Both the position numbers and the translations under genes were made by a program. The notes beneath the pieces are model-generated. The model made no database searches, had not been told where the DNA came from, and worked only from the letters and a program-made list of their open reading frames with translations. From positions 96,001-160,000 of the forward strand of contig CP010425.1 of the NCBI GenBank assembly GCA_000830295.1: 64,000 nt of DNA. The letters run 5' to 3'. Source of the stretch: an archaeon GW2011_AR15 (GTDB lineage Archaea > Nanobdellota > Nanobdellia > Woesearchaeales > GW2011-AR15). Shown here in pieces: positions 9,315 to 19,384 of this stretch (positions are counted from its first letter, which is position 1; each line of letters begins with the position of its first letter).

Positions 9315-11336
9315 ATGGCATTGAAGACAAAGTTTGAGGCACGCCTTGACAGGCACGCATTCGATCAGCCTGATGTAGAAGATTTTGAGCAGCTTGAAGA
9401 TTCCGGCCTTGCGCCATTGATTATTTCTTTGTACAGGAGCATAGAGCAGGGAAAGGGGCTCCAGAGGACATTCAGGGAAAGCCTGGGCAAGCACGGGATT
9501 ATATATGCTGTTGAAGAGCAGCTCCGCGTCCTGCCTTACAAGCTGACCGGCTTTATGAACTCTATACTCCCGGGGATAGAAGAATCAGATATCTCTCCTG
9601 ACAAACTGATAAAAAGGCCTGTAATCAGGGATGGAAAGCTTGATGCAGAATACAGCGACCCAGGGTCATTTGCAAGGTTAGTGTCATTGCTTCCCGGCTA
9701 TACTGTGCAGAATACCCCTCTCTGGACAAAAAATAATCTCGGGCAGGCAAGAGAAAGAAATGTAATGAAGATATATGCCGAGACAATGGAGCTCGCAGAA
9801 AGAGTTTCCCAAATTGGCGACGGGGCAGACAGGGACAGCATTGTATCAAAAATACAGTCTGCAGCAAAAGGATTCCTGAACAGGACTGCCAACTATCACG
9901 CCATAAATGATATGTTCGGGGAAGTGCTGGAATCTGTGAAGGGGAAAATAGACCAGAGAGAGCTTGAGCTGATATACAGGCTTCATGAGCTGCAGTCAGG
10001 AGACAAGGCACTGAAGCACAAGTTTACGAGGAAATTCATAGAGCCTTATGAGAAAAAAATCAAAAGCGCAGAAAACAAGGAAGATGTTTTCAGGCAGACT
10101 GTTTCAGACAGGATATCATCTGCATTCCAGTGGGTAGCCTCAAGGCAGCCTCTTGTATATGCTTCTCTTGTTGGAGTTGCCCTGGCTTTGGGAGGAGGGC
10201 TGCTGGTAAAGAACGGGGTATATAATTATCTCCAGCATCAGGACAAGAACAGGGTCTCTGAAGTTGCAAGGGTGCTTCCGCCTGACTATGAGGGCCTCGG
10301 AGCAATAATACCTTTTACTGTGCATGCTGCCAACACCTCGCACTGGGCTGACCAGGCATATGTTGCGCAGTTTCCTGAGGAATCAGAAATAGATGTGCCA
10401 TTAAATGACGGACAGCTTTATGTCCTGCTGGATTCGCATATAGAAACAGGGCTAAGGGATTCTGGTGCCCTTTTGGAGCTTTACAGGGATAGCAGGCTGA
10501 TAAATGCACTTGATGCAATAAATAATGGCGGCGGCACGATAATCAATAGTTTCAGCCACTGGTATACTGAGTCAGGGCATATGAACTGCACCACACGCAC
10601 AGATTCTGACGGGAATACAACAGAAACATGCTACTATGTGTGCGATTCCCGTACACATTTCCAGTCAAAAGACCAGGGGCAGATAAACCAGGGCGTTGAA
10701 ATGGCAAGGCAGGGCCTTGCAACAGAAGTTTTCGGTGAACATTTTGGGGATATATTCTTTCCTGTTATTGATGTAAGCCAGTATGTGAATGCAGATACTA
10801 CTGCAGTGAGGGATTACCTTGCAGCAGCACAGGGACAGGCTCAGCTTCCTGCAACACTGGAAAGCAATGCATCAAGAATTGCACAGCTTCCTGACAGTGA
10901 TGTATTTTACGATTGGGGATGCTGGTATGGCTACGGCTATCCTCCTTACTGGGAACCAAGAAGCCTTGCCGGCCAGATTTACGGGCTTACAAATGACGTG
11001 CAGAACTTCAGCTCTGTCAGCTCTTATCTTGAAAAAGCAAACGAAGCGCTCCAGCAGGGAAGCGAGATAATGCATTCAAGCAGCGACGCCGAAACAATTT
11101 TCAAGGAGGAAATGGGGGATTTTAGCATATACTTGCACAAGGCTTTGGGAATTCCCGGAGCAGGCCACTTGTTCCAGGATGAGATAAAATTCATAAGCAA
11201 TCTGGCAGGAATAGGCATGGGCATAATTGGAATTGCTGCAGCATATGGGTTCTACAACAGCCTCATGAACGGGATGTTCGGAGTCGAGATGGGAAACATC
11301 AGAAGAAAATACGGCCTTTCCTCATATTCCTATTAA
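9315..11336 (+). CDS. Large membrane protein of unknown function
   Basis: Helical N-terminal domain, TM near aa 280-300, acidic Cys-containing outer domain, C-terminal TM. Confidence 0.7.
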   Translation: MALKTKFEARLDRHAFDQPDVEDFEQLEDSGLAPLIISLYRSIEQGKGLQRTFRESLGKHGIIYAVEEQLRVLPYKLTGFMNSILPGIEESDISPDKLIKRPVIRDGKLDAEYSDPGSFARLVSLLPGYTVQNTPLWTKNNLGQARERNVMKIYAETMELAERVSQIGDGADRDSIVSKIQSAAKGFLNRTANYHAINDMFGEVLESVKGKIDQRELELIYRLHELQSGDKALKHKFTRKFIEPYEKKIKSAENKEDVFRQTVSDRISSAFQWVASRQPLVYASLVGVALALGGGLLVKNGVYNYLQHQDKNRVSEVARVLPPDYEGLGAIIPFTVHAANTSHWADQAYVAQFPEESEIDVPLNDGQLYVLLDSHIETGLRDSGALLELYRDSRLINALDAINNGGGTIINSFSHWYTESGHMNCTTRTDSDGNTTETCYYVCDSRTHFQSKDQGQINQGVEMARQGLATEVFGEHFGDIFFPVIDVSQYVNADTTAVRDYLAAAQGQAQLPATLESNASRIAQLPDSDVFYDWGCWYGYGYPPYWEPRSLAGQIYGLTNDVQNFSSVSSYLEKANEALQQGSEIMHSSSDAETIFKEEMGDFSIYLHKALGIPGAGHLFQDEIKFISNLAGIGMGIIGIAAAYGFYNSLMNGMFGVEMGNIRRKYGLSSYSY

Positions 11337-11374
11337 ACCATAATTTTTTATAAACCGGACTTTTCATCTGTTCT

Positions 11375-12010
11375 ATGCTAACTGCAGGGAAAGTATGTTC
11401 TATGCTTGATAAGGAATATCCAAAAGCTGAGATTGCGCTCGGCCATGAAAACCCGCTTGAGCTTCTTATTGCTGTGATGCTGTCTGCGCAGTGCACTGAC
11501 AAGCGCGTGAATATTGTTACAAAAGAGCTTTTCAGGGAATACAGGAAGGCAGAGGACTATGCATACGGCAGCCCTGAAAAGCTGAAGAGATACATAAAGT
11601 CAACAGGATTCTATAATACAAAGGCAAAAAACATACAGAACGCGTGCAGGATAATAATTGAAAAGCACTCTGGAAAGGTCCCGGGGACAATGGAAGAGCT
11701 TACAGCGCTGCCGGGAGTCGGAAGGAAAACAGCCAACATTGTGCTGAGCAATGCTTTCGGCAGACTTGAGGGCATGGCCATTGATACCCATATGAAGCGG
11801 GTTAATTTTAGGTTAGGGCTGACAAAAAACACAGACCCTGTGAAAATAGAGCAGGATCTCATAAAGCAGCTTCCCAATGAAAAATGGAACCATTATACCT
11901 ATCTTATAATAGAGCATGGCAGGGCTGTCTGCAAGGCTCCGACGCCCAGTTGCAGCATCTGTGTGCTCGAGAAAGAATGCCCTAAAAAGGGAGTTTTGAA
12001 GAGTAAATAA
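11375..12010 (+). CDS. nth: Endonuclease III
   Basis: LIAVMLSAQCTD, HhH LPGVGRKTAN, DTH, C-x6-C-x2-C-x5-C FeS motif. Confidence 0.95.
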   Translation: MLTAGKVCSMLDKEYPKAEIALGHENPLELLIAVMLSAQCTDKRVNIVTKELFREYRKAEDYAYGSPEKLKRYIKSTGFYNTKAKNIQNACRIIIEKHSGKVPGTMEELTALPGVGRKTANIVLSNAFGRLEGMAIDTHMKRVNFRLGLTKNTDPVKIEQDLIKQLPNEKWNHYTYLIIEHGRAVCKAPTPSCSICVLEKECPKKGVLKSK

Positions 12011-12133
12011 TATGCTTTTAAAGGGTTAAAAAGGGGTTGCAAACCCGTTTGAACGCAGTTTAGTTCAAGAGGCCCCGAAAGCCATTTAAAGGCTTTCGAA
12101 AGCTTTATATAAGCACTTTTTCTCTTGGGATAT

Positions 12134-12391
12134 ATGGCAAAAGGATTCAAAATTCTGCACGATAAACCCAACTGCATAGGCTGCGGAGCCTGCGCTGTGA
12201 TAGCCCCGAAATTCTGGGAGATGAACGATGACGGCAAGGCAGACGTGATAGGCGGAAAAAACATGCCGGACGGCAAGCAGGAAGGAAGGATAGACCAGAA
12301 GGACTTTGATATCAACCTTGAGGCTGCTGAATCATGCCCTGTTGAAGTCATACACTTAATAGATGAGGAAACAGGCGAGAAGATAATCTAA
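12134..12391 (+). CDS. Single-cluster ferredoxin (4Fe-4S motif)
   Basis: CIGCGAC...CPV motif; BRE/TATA cgaaagctttatata about 22 nt upstream. Confidence 0.9.
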   Translation: MAKGFKILHDKPNCIGCGACAVIAPKFWEMNDDGKADVIGGKNMPDGKQEGRIDQKDFDINLEAAESCPVEVIHLIDEETGEKII

Positions 12392-12393
12392 TC

Positions 12394-14913
12394 TTATTTT
12401 TTCTTAGACAATAATTCTTTCTTGAACCTGCTTAATGTATTAGGTATGTGCTGGGCCTGTGTCTTGAGAAGGTTGGCTGTGTTCTTGAGTATCATGGGTT
12501 CTGTGTTATTCGACTCTGCTGTGCTTGCCAGCTTGAAGTCATCAGGCGAGTCAATCCTGCCTTTTTTCACGACTTTCTTCCACTTGTTGAAAAGCTCTTC
12601 TGACCTTGCCTCTACCTGGTTTATCCTGCAGTCAAGTATTTTTGCTGCCTCTTTCAGTATATCTGATTCCCTGTTTATCTCCTTGGCAGCAGCTTCCCCT
12701 GCAGTGAATTCAATCCTGACCATGCCGTCCTGTATCTTGCTCGTCTTGATAATCTTGATTATCTTTGCTTCTCCTGTCAGATGGAGGTGTGTCCCTCCGC
12801 ATGCCTCTGTGTCAAACTCTGGGATAGAGATAATCCTCAGCATTTTTCCCGGGACTGCTCCTCCCTGATATAATACGAATCCGTATTCTTTTTCAGCAAG
12901 GTCCCTTCTCATGAGTGTTGAGTATACAGGCCTGTTTTCCTCAATCACTTTATTGGCAAGGTCCTCAATTTTCTTCACTTCTTCATCTGTTAAAGCATCA
13001 TAGTGGGTTATGTCCAGCCTTGCCTTGTCCAGCGCCTTGTGCGCTCCTGCCTGCCAGATGTGGTTGCCGAGTATCCTTTTTGCAGAGCCGTTTATTATGT
13101 GGGTTGCTGTGTGGTGCTGGGCCAGCTGCAGCCTTCTTTCAAAATCAATATCGCCGTGCACAATATCTCCTTTTTTCATTTTCGGCTTGTCTTCAAGGAC
13201 ATGGATTACATGGCCGCCCTGCTTGTATACATCAACTACCTTATGGCCTTCAAGAGTTCCTATGTCATGTATCTGCCCCCCTGATGTCGGATAGAATGCC
13301 GTCCTGTCAAGCACGACATTGCTGCCTATGACTTTCTGGACTGCCCCCTTGAATTTCACGAGGCTGAAATCGCTGTAGTATAATATCTCAGTTTCCTGCA
13401 CACCTTCCAGGTCAAGCTTTTCTTTTTTCTCAGGCTCTGGGGCTTCCTCTTTCTTCAGCTCAGAGACTTTTGCATAGAAATCTTCAGGATAAGTGATTTT
13501 CTTCCCAAGATTTTTTGCCTGCTCTGCAATCATCTCAGGGCTTATCCCCTGCGATGTGTAACGCTCAATGAATTTTTTCTCCGAGATTTTCTCGTCTTTT
13601 TTCAGCAGGTTAAGGATTATCTGCCTTGATTTGTTTTTTGTCTCTTCATATTTTCTTTTCTCAACGTCCAGAACTTTCTTTACAGTGTCTATATTTTCGA
13701 TAAGCTCAGGGAACAGCGGCTTCAGGTATTCAGCGTGCCATTCTGCGATGTCATTCATTGAGATCTTCCAGCCATATTTGTCTATGAAATCCATTGCCCT
13801 CCTTATTATGACCCTTAGGTTATAGCCTCCACCTACGTTGTTCGGCAGCGCGCCGTCTGAAATCGCAAACAGTGCAGAGCGAGTGTGCTCGGCAACAGAA
13901 TACAGTGCTGATAGCGGGAGAATTTTCTCTTTCAGCTCTTCAACATCAATTTTGATTTCTTTTGCTACTTTTTTCCATGCTTCCTCAATATTGTCAACCT
14001 CATCAATGTTCAGATATGATGAGTAAGGCAGGAATTTTTTCATCAGGCTTCCCTCAGGCCTTATGCCTGTTATTTTATACAGCTTTTCTGAGACTGTCGG
14101 GAATGTTGTCTCGTAGCTTGTGCTTGCCCCTTTTGTGAACCATGCAATCCTCTCGTGGCCCATGCCCATGTCAAGAACCTTAAGAGGGAGCTCTTTTGCT
14201 CCTTTTTCAGTCTGCTCAAAAAGCATGTAAACCTGGTTTCCCAGCTCAAGGCCCCTGCAGAAATACTCCATGCACGGCCCAAAATTCCCGCCGCCTGCCC
14301 ATGCGTCCTCGTGGAAAGTTATCTCGCTGTTCGGAAGCCCCAGTCCGTCTTTCAGCCACATATGAATATGTGAGAATACCATGTTCTGGTCCCATTTTTC
14401 TTTTGGCACGAACATGTGCTGACCTATCATCACGAATCCTGTGTAATGCGCCCCGGTTATGCCTACGTTGTCTATGTCATTGAACCTCAGGCAGAACTGC
14501 GGCACAACAAGAGGGTTTGCTGGCGGGTCGACTGCCCCTGATACAACATGCGGCTGGAAATCATATATTGATGCGCCCACCCAGTACTGGTCATCCCTCC
14601 ATCTTGCAACAACAGGATAGCGCTTTATTTCTGTATATCCCAGTTTCTTGAAAAATTTTGAAAATTCCTTCCAGACCTGGATATAGTCCAGCTCTTTTTT
14701 TGCAGGAGACCTGCCTATGAACCTGAAGCCGCCAGAGCATGAGGGGTCCCCGCATAATTTCTGGTCTTTGTTTACTGTCCAGAAGTGTGTTCCGCAGCTG
14801 CACTTTTTCCTCATGAATCCCTCTTTCTTGAGGTGCTTTACTGCATAGTACTTTTCAGGGCTCTCAGAGGCCCTTTTCTTGAACTCCGCCTTTATCTCCT
14901 TGTCTGTCTTCAT
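12394..14913 (-). CDS. alaS: Alanyl-tRNA synthetase (archaeal type)
   Basis: RYPVVARWRDD, QFCLRFNDIDNVG, DMGMGHERIAW; editing motifs HHTATH and CGGTH. Confidence 0.95.
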   Translation of the reverse strand: MKTDKEIKAEFKKRASESPEKYYAVKHLKKEGFMRKKCSCGTHFWTVNKDQKLCGDPSCSGGFRFIGRSPAKKELDYIQVWKEFSKFFKKLGYTEIKRYPVVARWRDDQYWVGASIYDFQPHVVSGAVDPPANPLVVPQFCLRFNDIDNVGITGAHYTGFVMIGQHMFVPKEKWDQNMVFSHIHMWLKDGLGLPNSEITFHEDAWAGGGNFGPCMEYFCRGLELGNQVYMLFEQTEKGAKELPLKVLDMGMGHERIAWFTKGASTSYETTFPTVSEKLYKITGIRPEGSLMKKFLPYSSYLNIDEVDNIEEAWKKVAKEIKIDVEELKEKILPLSALYSVAEHTRSALFAISDGALPNNVGGGYNLRVIIRRAMDFIDKYGWKISMNDIAEWHAEYLKPLFPELIENIDTVKKVLDVEKRKYEETKNKSRQIILNLLKKDEKISEKKFIERYTSQGISPEMIAEQAKNLGKKITYPEDFYAKVSELKKEEAPEPEKKEKLDLEGVQETEILYYSDFSLVKFKGAVQKVIGSNVVLDRTAFYPTSGGQIHDIGTLEGHKVVDVYKQGGHVIHVLEDKPKMKKGDIVHGDIDFERRLQLAQHHTATHIINGSAKRILGNHIWQAGAHKALDKARLDITHYDALTDEEVKKIEDLANKVIEENRPVYSTLMRRDLAEKEYGFVLYQGGAVPGKMLRIISIPEFDTEACGGTHLHLTGEAKIIKIIKTSKIQDGMVRIEFTAGEAAAKEINRESDILKEAAKILDCRINQVEARSEELFNKWKKVVKKGRIDSPDDFKLASTAESNNTEPMILKNTANLLKTQAQHIPNTLSRFKKELLSKKK

Positions 14914-15017
14914 TATTCTCCTTAATTATTGGGAGTGGATTTAAATATTTTGGGATGGGTTTATATATAGGAATCAGTGATAACTTTTATAAACAATTCA
15001 TATTTCTCATCTATTGC

Positions 15018-15106
15018 GCGACGATAGTTGAATGGTACAATACGACGTTGCCAATGCGCAAGCAAGCAAACACGTTGTGGCCCGGGTTCGATTCCCGGTC
15101 GTCGCA
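15018..15106 (+). tRNA. tRNA-Gly(GCC) with 18-nt intron at 37/38 (15054-15071)
   Basis: Acceptor GCGACGA/TCGTCGC; anticodon stem CGACG/CGTTG; T-arm CCGGG TTCGATT CCCGG; BHB-like TTGC/GCAA; TATA upstream. Confidence 0.9.
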
Positions 15107-15169
15107 TACATATTACGTCTAAAAATAAAAAGTTTATATATTCTATAAGGTATCCCGTCTTTGGGGGCT

Positions 15170-16678
15170 ATGAAAGAAACTGCGAATTCTAAAGGGGCAA
15201 AAATCTTCCGATGGAATGAAGAAGACATTGAGAGAATTCGTAAAGAAAATACTGAATCTAGTAAAGAGTTTAAAGAGGCTTATAATGAATGGAGAAAAGA
15301 AAAGAAGCGCCCGCATTACCATATACCTAAACGTAAAGATATTATAAAAAAAATATACCGACCAAAGAAAAATAAGCCAAAGTGGTTAACACCAAATTTT
15401 AAGAGTAGTATACTTCTCCTTTTTGTAATTATTTTAGTTCTATTTTTATATAATGTCTTCATAAATAGACCTGTAAATGAAGGAGCACAAAAACTAGTAA
15501 ATCAAACTGTTGAAGAGAATATCTCGTTTCAGGAATATATCAACACACCTTCAGAATATTATAACGAGAAAATCACTCTAAAAGGTTATCTCTCACTTAC
15601 ACCTTCAAATGACAAGGAAAATTCTCTTTTAGTGCCCGTTATTATAGACGACAAAAATACTCAAATTAAACTTGCTAAAGTTACTTCTAATTTTTATTCC
15701 TTATTTCCAAAAAGTGCAAAAACCATAGAGGTATACGAAGTCAATGGTATCTTTAAGAGATATGGAGATTCTTTTAATGTTGAGGTAAACAACATAAAAC
15801 TATCAAAGAAGGAGTCAAAAATTATACAAGTTTCTATTAATGAAAATGTTGCAGATAAAACAAAAGATTCATTTATTACAAATATACTAAATATATTTAA
15901 GAGCAATTTCCAAGAAACAATTTTTTATAATTGCAGTGATGGAACTAATCATAACGGCTGTTCATCAAGTAAGCCATTTTATTGTACTAATGGGACCTTA
16001 ATCGAAAAACCAAACACCTGTGGCTGCCCTGAAACGCTAAAATTATCAAATAGCAAGTGCATGGAAACTTGCTCGGATGGGACCATAGTAGGTAGCTGCT
16101 CTAGTAATAAACCATATTATTGCGATAATAAAAAATTAATTGAAAGACCGTCTAGTTGCGGCTGCAAGAATAATGAAGTACTAAGTAATGATAAGTGCGT
16201 GAGCCAGGTTGAATATATCGAATTAAAGGTTCATGAATATACCAACTTGGAAAGAGAGAGAAACGGATTGGATTTACTTGAGTGGGATTATGAAATAAAT
16301 AATATTGCAAGAGAACATAGTGAGGATATGATAACTAGGGCTTTCTTCTCTCATACAAATCCAGATGGCGATGAACCTACGGATAGAGGAGAAAAGCATG
16401 GATATGATTGTAGAAAGGATTATGGTTCATACTATACTTATGGTCTGGCGGAGAATATACATCAGGGATGGACGTATGGTTCAACCTACTATATAGATGG
16501 AATAGAATCTGGGAAAGATTGGCTAACGTCAGATGAAATTGCCAAAACTGCTGTCGATGGATGGATGAATAGCCCTGGCCACAGAGAAAATATACTAGAA
16601 CCCAACTATGATAGAGAGGGTATTGGTGTAGGAATCTCTTTTGATGGTAAAGTATTTGTAACACAAAATTTCTGTTAA
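15170..16678 (+). CDS. Membrane-anchored CAP/SCP domain protein with Cys-rich repeats
   Basis: One TM; two CSDGT...CSS.KP.YC...L...P..CGC repeats; CAP motifs AREHSEDM, AENI, WMNSPGHRENIL, TQNFC. Confidence 0.85.
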   Translation: MKETANSKGAKIFRWNEEDIERIRKENTESSKEFKEAYNEWRKEKKRPHYHIPKRKDIIKKIYRPKKNKPKWLTPNFKSSILLLFVIILVLFLYNVFINRPVNEGAQKLVNQTVEENISFQEYINTPSEYYNEKITLKGYLSLTPSNDKENSLLVPVIIDDKNTQIKLAKVTSNFYSLFPKSAKTIEVYEVNGIFKRYGDSFNVEVNNIKLSKKESKIIQVSINENVADKTKDSFITNILNIFKSNFQETIFYNCSDGTNHNGCSSSKPFYCTNGTLIEKPNTCGCPETLKLSNSKCMETCSDGTIVGSCSSNKPYYCDNKKLIERPSSCGCKNNEVLSNDKCVSQVEYIELKVHEYTNLERERNGLDLLEWDYEINNIAREHSEDMITRAFFSHTNPDGDEPTDRGEKHGYDCRKDYGSYYTYGLAENIHQGWTYGSTYYIDGIESGKDWLTSDEIAKTAVDGWMNSPGHRENILEPNYDREGIGVGISFDGKVFVTQNFC

Positions 16679-16693
16679 GTTATATCCTAAGAA

Positions 16694-17017
16694 TTACCTA
16701 AGCCCTGAACTGTAATGCCTGGCTAACATATGGAATAAATGTTCGGGGATAGGCCACCTATAAATTACTCTGTCCCCTCCTCCTTCTGATGGGATTCTGA
16801 CAATTTTAGAGACTGCAAGGTTGCTTATTGATGACATCTCTGTCCTGCTTTTTACAAGGACATCTGCCAGTTCTTCAAGTGTTTCTTTTTCAAAAGCCTT
16901 GATATCCTGGTCTTCATCCACAATATTAGTCGGGGTATATCCGAATCCGTCTTCCTTTCGGACTCCGTTTACATAAACTGTGGTGCAATAGACCGTGCCA
17001 TGCAGCATGTTAACCAT
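16694..17017 (-). CDS. Hypothetical protein
   Basis: ORF with TATA-like tttataaata about 20 nt upstream of ATG 17017. Confidence 0.5.
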   Translation of the reverse strand: MVNMLHGTVYCTTVYVNGVRKEDGFGYTPTNIVDEDQDIKAFEKETLEELADVLVKSRTEMSSISNLAVSKIVRIPSEGGGDRVIYRWPIPEHLFHMLARHYSSGLR

Positions 17018-17110
17018 AACTTCAGGAAGGGGATATTTATTTATAAAAATATTCATTTAACAGTAGTAAAGATAGGTAAATTTATATATATCCTGTATCT
17101 ACTTTTCTGA

Positions 17111-17404
17111 ATGGCAGATTTAAACAATATTGTAAGAAAAATGCTTCTTGAGGATTATGGTATAGCACAGGGTGCAATAGATGGTATCCTTAAAGGAGGC
17201 AAAAATTATCAGGTTATAGACGAGGATTATGTCAGGCCAACTATGAACCCCAGGGCAAATCTTCCTCTGGAGAGCCATGGCGGTGCGTTCTTTTATTACA
17301 AGACAATAAGAGATGCTCTGGAATCTGCTTTGGCATTCGGCCAGATTTCTGAGGAGCAGCTGCCTCCAAGATCACCGCAGTACCTTAGCGTTTTGGTCAA
17401 ATAA
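17111..17404 (+). CDS. Hypothetical protein
   Basis: Upstream TATA (tttatata); host-like composition. Confidence 0.6.
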   Translation: MADLNNIVRKMLLEDYGIAQGAIDGILKGGKNYQVIDEDYVRPTMNPRANLPLESHGGAFFYYKTIRDALESALAFGQISEEQLPPRSPQYLSVLVK

Positions 17405-17454
17405 TTTTTTCTGAATTCACTAAATTTAAATATAACTTCCTTTCCTTTCAGCGG

Positions 17455-17811
17455 ATGGCAGAGCTGCTGGATGCTTTATTTGATGAGGACGGAGAGATAG
17501 ATCTATCCAGCGAGCGTCTTAATGTGGGCTGGGTTAATGTAGACGGGAAAATGATTGCCGCTGCCTGCTTCACGCACCCCATATGGTATAAGGGCGCCAG
17601 AGGTGTTCTTGTAACCGAAGGCCTTGCGGATAAATACAACACTGAAGTAAAACAGGAGAGCTACGTGTATTCCATAATCCCTGAAAAAGAGACGCTGCCT
17701 GAGAGTTATTCTGTGCTTGAGACTCTTGCTGCAAATCTGGCAAAGAAAGGGTTTCCTGTCGTATTCTCCGATGATAAAAGTTACAGAAGACTGGAATATG
17801 TAAGCAATTAA
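17455..17811 (+). CDS. Hypothetical protein
   Basis: Upstream TATA (tttaaata); plausible globular protein. Confidence 0.6.
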   Translation: MAELLDALFDEDGEIDLSSERLNVGWVNVDGKMIAAACFTHPIWYKGARGVLVTEGLADKYNTEVKQESYVYSIIPEKETLPESYSVLETLAANLAKKGFPVVFSDDKSYRRLEYVSN

Positions 17812-17887
17812 ATAATAACCCATTCTTAAATAGTCAAAAAATTTTATAAGCATATCTCCATTACCTTTTCATAATGAGGTGGTCAGT

Positions 17888-18241
17888 ATGAGCAATTTGC
17901 CGGCATTTTCTGAGCCGTTGGAAAACTTTCTTAATAAAAAGGGGACTTTGGAAGAATACTTAATAGTTGATTTCTGGGCGCCCTGGTGCATGCCATGCAG
18001 GGTGCTTGACCCTGTAGTGGAAGAGCTGAGCAATGATTACAGGGGAAAAATAGGGTTCTATCAGATAGATGCTGATGTGCACCCGAAAATAGCCCGGGAG
18101 TATGAGGTCTTGGGCATACCTACTCTGGCTTTCCTGAAGGCAGATAATGGAAAATACAGTGTTGAAGAATTAGGGAGAATAGTCGGAGTCCAGCCAAAGC
18201 ACAGGATAGAAGAAAAGATTAAGGAATATTTTTATTCCTGA
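17888..18241 (+). CDS. trxA: Thioredoxin
   Basis: VDFWAPWCMPC, cis-Pro GIPT; SD gaggtgg upstream. Confidence 0.9.
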   Translation: MSNLPAFSEPLENFLNKKGTLEEYLIVDFWAPWCMPCRVLDPVVEELSNDYRGKIGFYQIDADVHPKIAREYEVLGIPTLAFLKADNGKYSVEELGRIVGVQPKHRIEEKIKEYFYS

Positions 18242-18357
18242 TTTCTCCTCTGAAAAACTCTTTAGGCAAATTATTTAGTTTTCTTTACACTGGACTTTCT
18301 AGTGTGAGATATATAAACTAATCATTTAGATTACACTCTAATAAAAGTGAGCTATTT

Positions 18358-19173
18358 ATGGAAAGTCCAAGATGGATTATTGATATTGAAGATTTGCTCT
18401 CAACGTATGAGTATTTTATACCAAAAACAAAAATTTTACAGGCAGAAAAATGGCTTCCGCTGGAGGATAGTTCGAGATTGTCTTGTGAGTTTGCTTATCT
18501 CCTGGGGAAATCATTTGGTGACGGCCATCTTGATAAAAGATTTACATTCAAACACTCGGGTGAGAAAGAAAATCAAGAGCAATTAAAATATTTTTTAATA
18601 GAAACTTTTGACTTGTCAGATAGCTCGGTTAAATTAATAGAGAACAAATACTCAAAGGGAAGCTCAACAATTCTTCAAGTAAACAATTCAATATTCGGTC
18701 GCATTCTATATACACTCGGTGCCCCAATTGGAAATAAAACAAAACAGTCCTTTCTGGTACCTACGTGGATTATTGAAAATAAAGAGAACTCTAGATCTTT
18801 TCTAAGGGGGATTTTAGAAGATGAATTATCAACTATAAAAATCAGGAATAAAACTCACTCTTCTAGTGCAATGTTAAAAATGACAAAAAGACCAGGGCTA
18901 ATAGCCTCGCTACGTGAGTTTCTAGAAGAGATAGGGCATATGCTAGAAAGCTTAGATATTGAATGCAGTGAAGTTTCAGGTAAGACTTACTCCAAAAAAG
19001 AACAAAAAACGCAGGAATTATATCTCCTCATACACGGTAATAAGAAGAATATTTTACAGTTTAGAGATAATATCGGGTTTAGATTGCACAAGAGGAAAAT
19101 CAACGAATTAGAAAATTGTTGCAAGATAATTGAGAATTCTTTATTGAAAGAAGATGCGGGAGACCGGATTTGA
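18358..19173 (+). CDS. Free-standing LAGLIDADG homing-endonuclease-like protein
   Basis: Two motifs, FAYLLGKSFGDG and FLRGILEDE, plus GxPxGNK...VPTWI; AT-rich. Confidence 0.8.
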   Translation: MESPRWIIDIEDLLSTYEYFIPKTKILQAEKWLPLEDSSRLSCEFAYLLGKSFGDGHLDKRFTFKHSGEKENQEQLKYFLIETFDLSDSSVKLIENKYSKGSSTILQVNNSIFGRILYTLGAPIGNKTKQSFLVPTWIIENKENSRSFLRGILEDELSTIKIRNKTHSSSAMLKMTKRPGLIASLREFLEEIGHMLESLDIECSEVSGKTYSKKEQKTQELYLLIHGNKKNILQFRDNIGFRLHKRKINELENCCKIIENSLLKEDAGDRI

Positions 19174-19266
19174 ACCGGCGAACTCACTAAGAGACAGGAT
19201 GACCAAGGTACAACCAAGGCTGTCCACTTAAGTCCTGCGGATTTGACCATGCTTTCCTACTCCCGC
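19155..19266 (-). tRNA. tRNA-Leu(TAA) with 26-nt intron at 37/38 (19201-19226)
   Basis: Acceptor GCGGGAG/CTCCCGC; CAGGA CT TAA G [intron] A TCCTG; long variable arm; TTCAAAT loop. Confidence 0.9.
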
Positions 19267-19384
19267 ATAGTATTTTAGAATCTGACTAGGATTTAAAAAG
19301 TTGTCTAAATGCCCTGTTCAGACTCTTTAAATATTGATCTTTTCCACAATCTTTAAATATAGTCTATTTAGTTATCCACCACAA

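Noticed and set aside
12033-12076. Partial resemblance of the minus strand (GGGGCCTCT...AAACGGGT) to the phage T7 terminator, suggesting vector contamination
   Set aside because: The match is short and interrupted, and the flanks are native archaeal genes; treated as coincidence.
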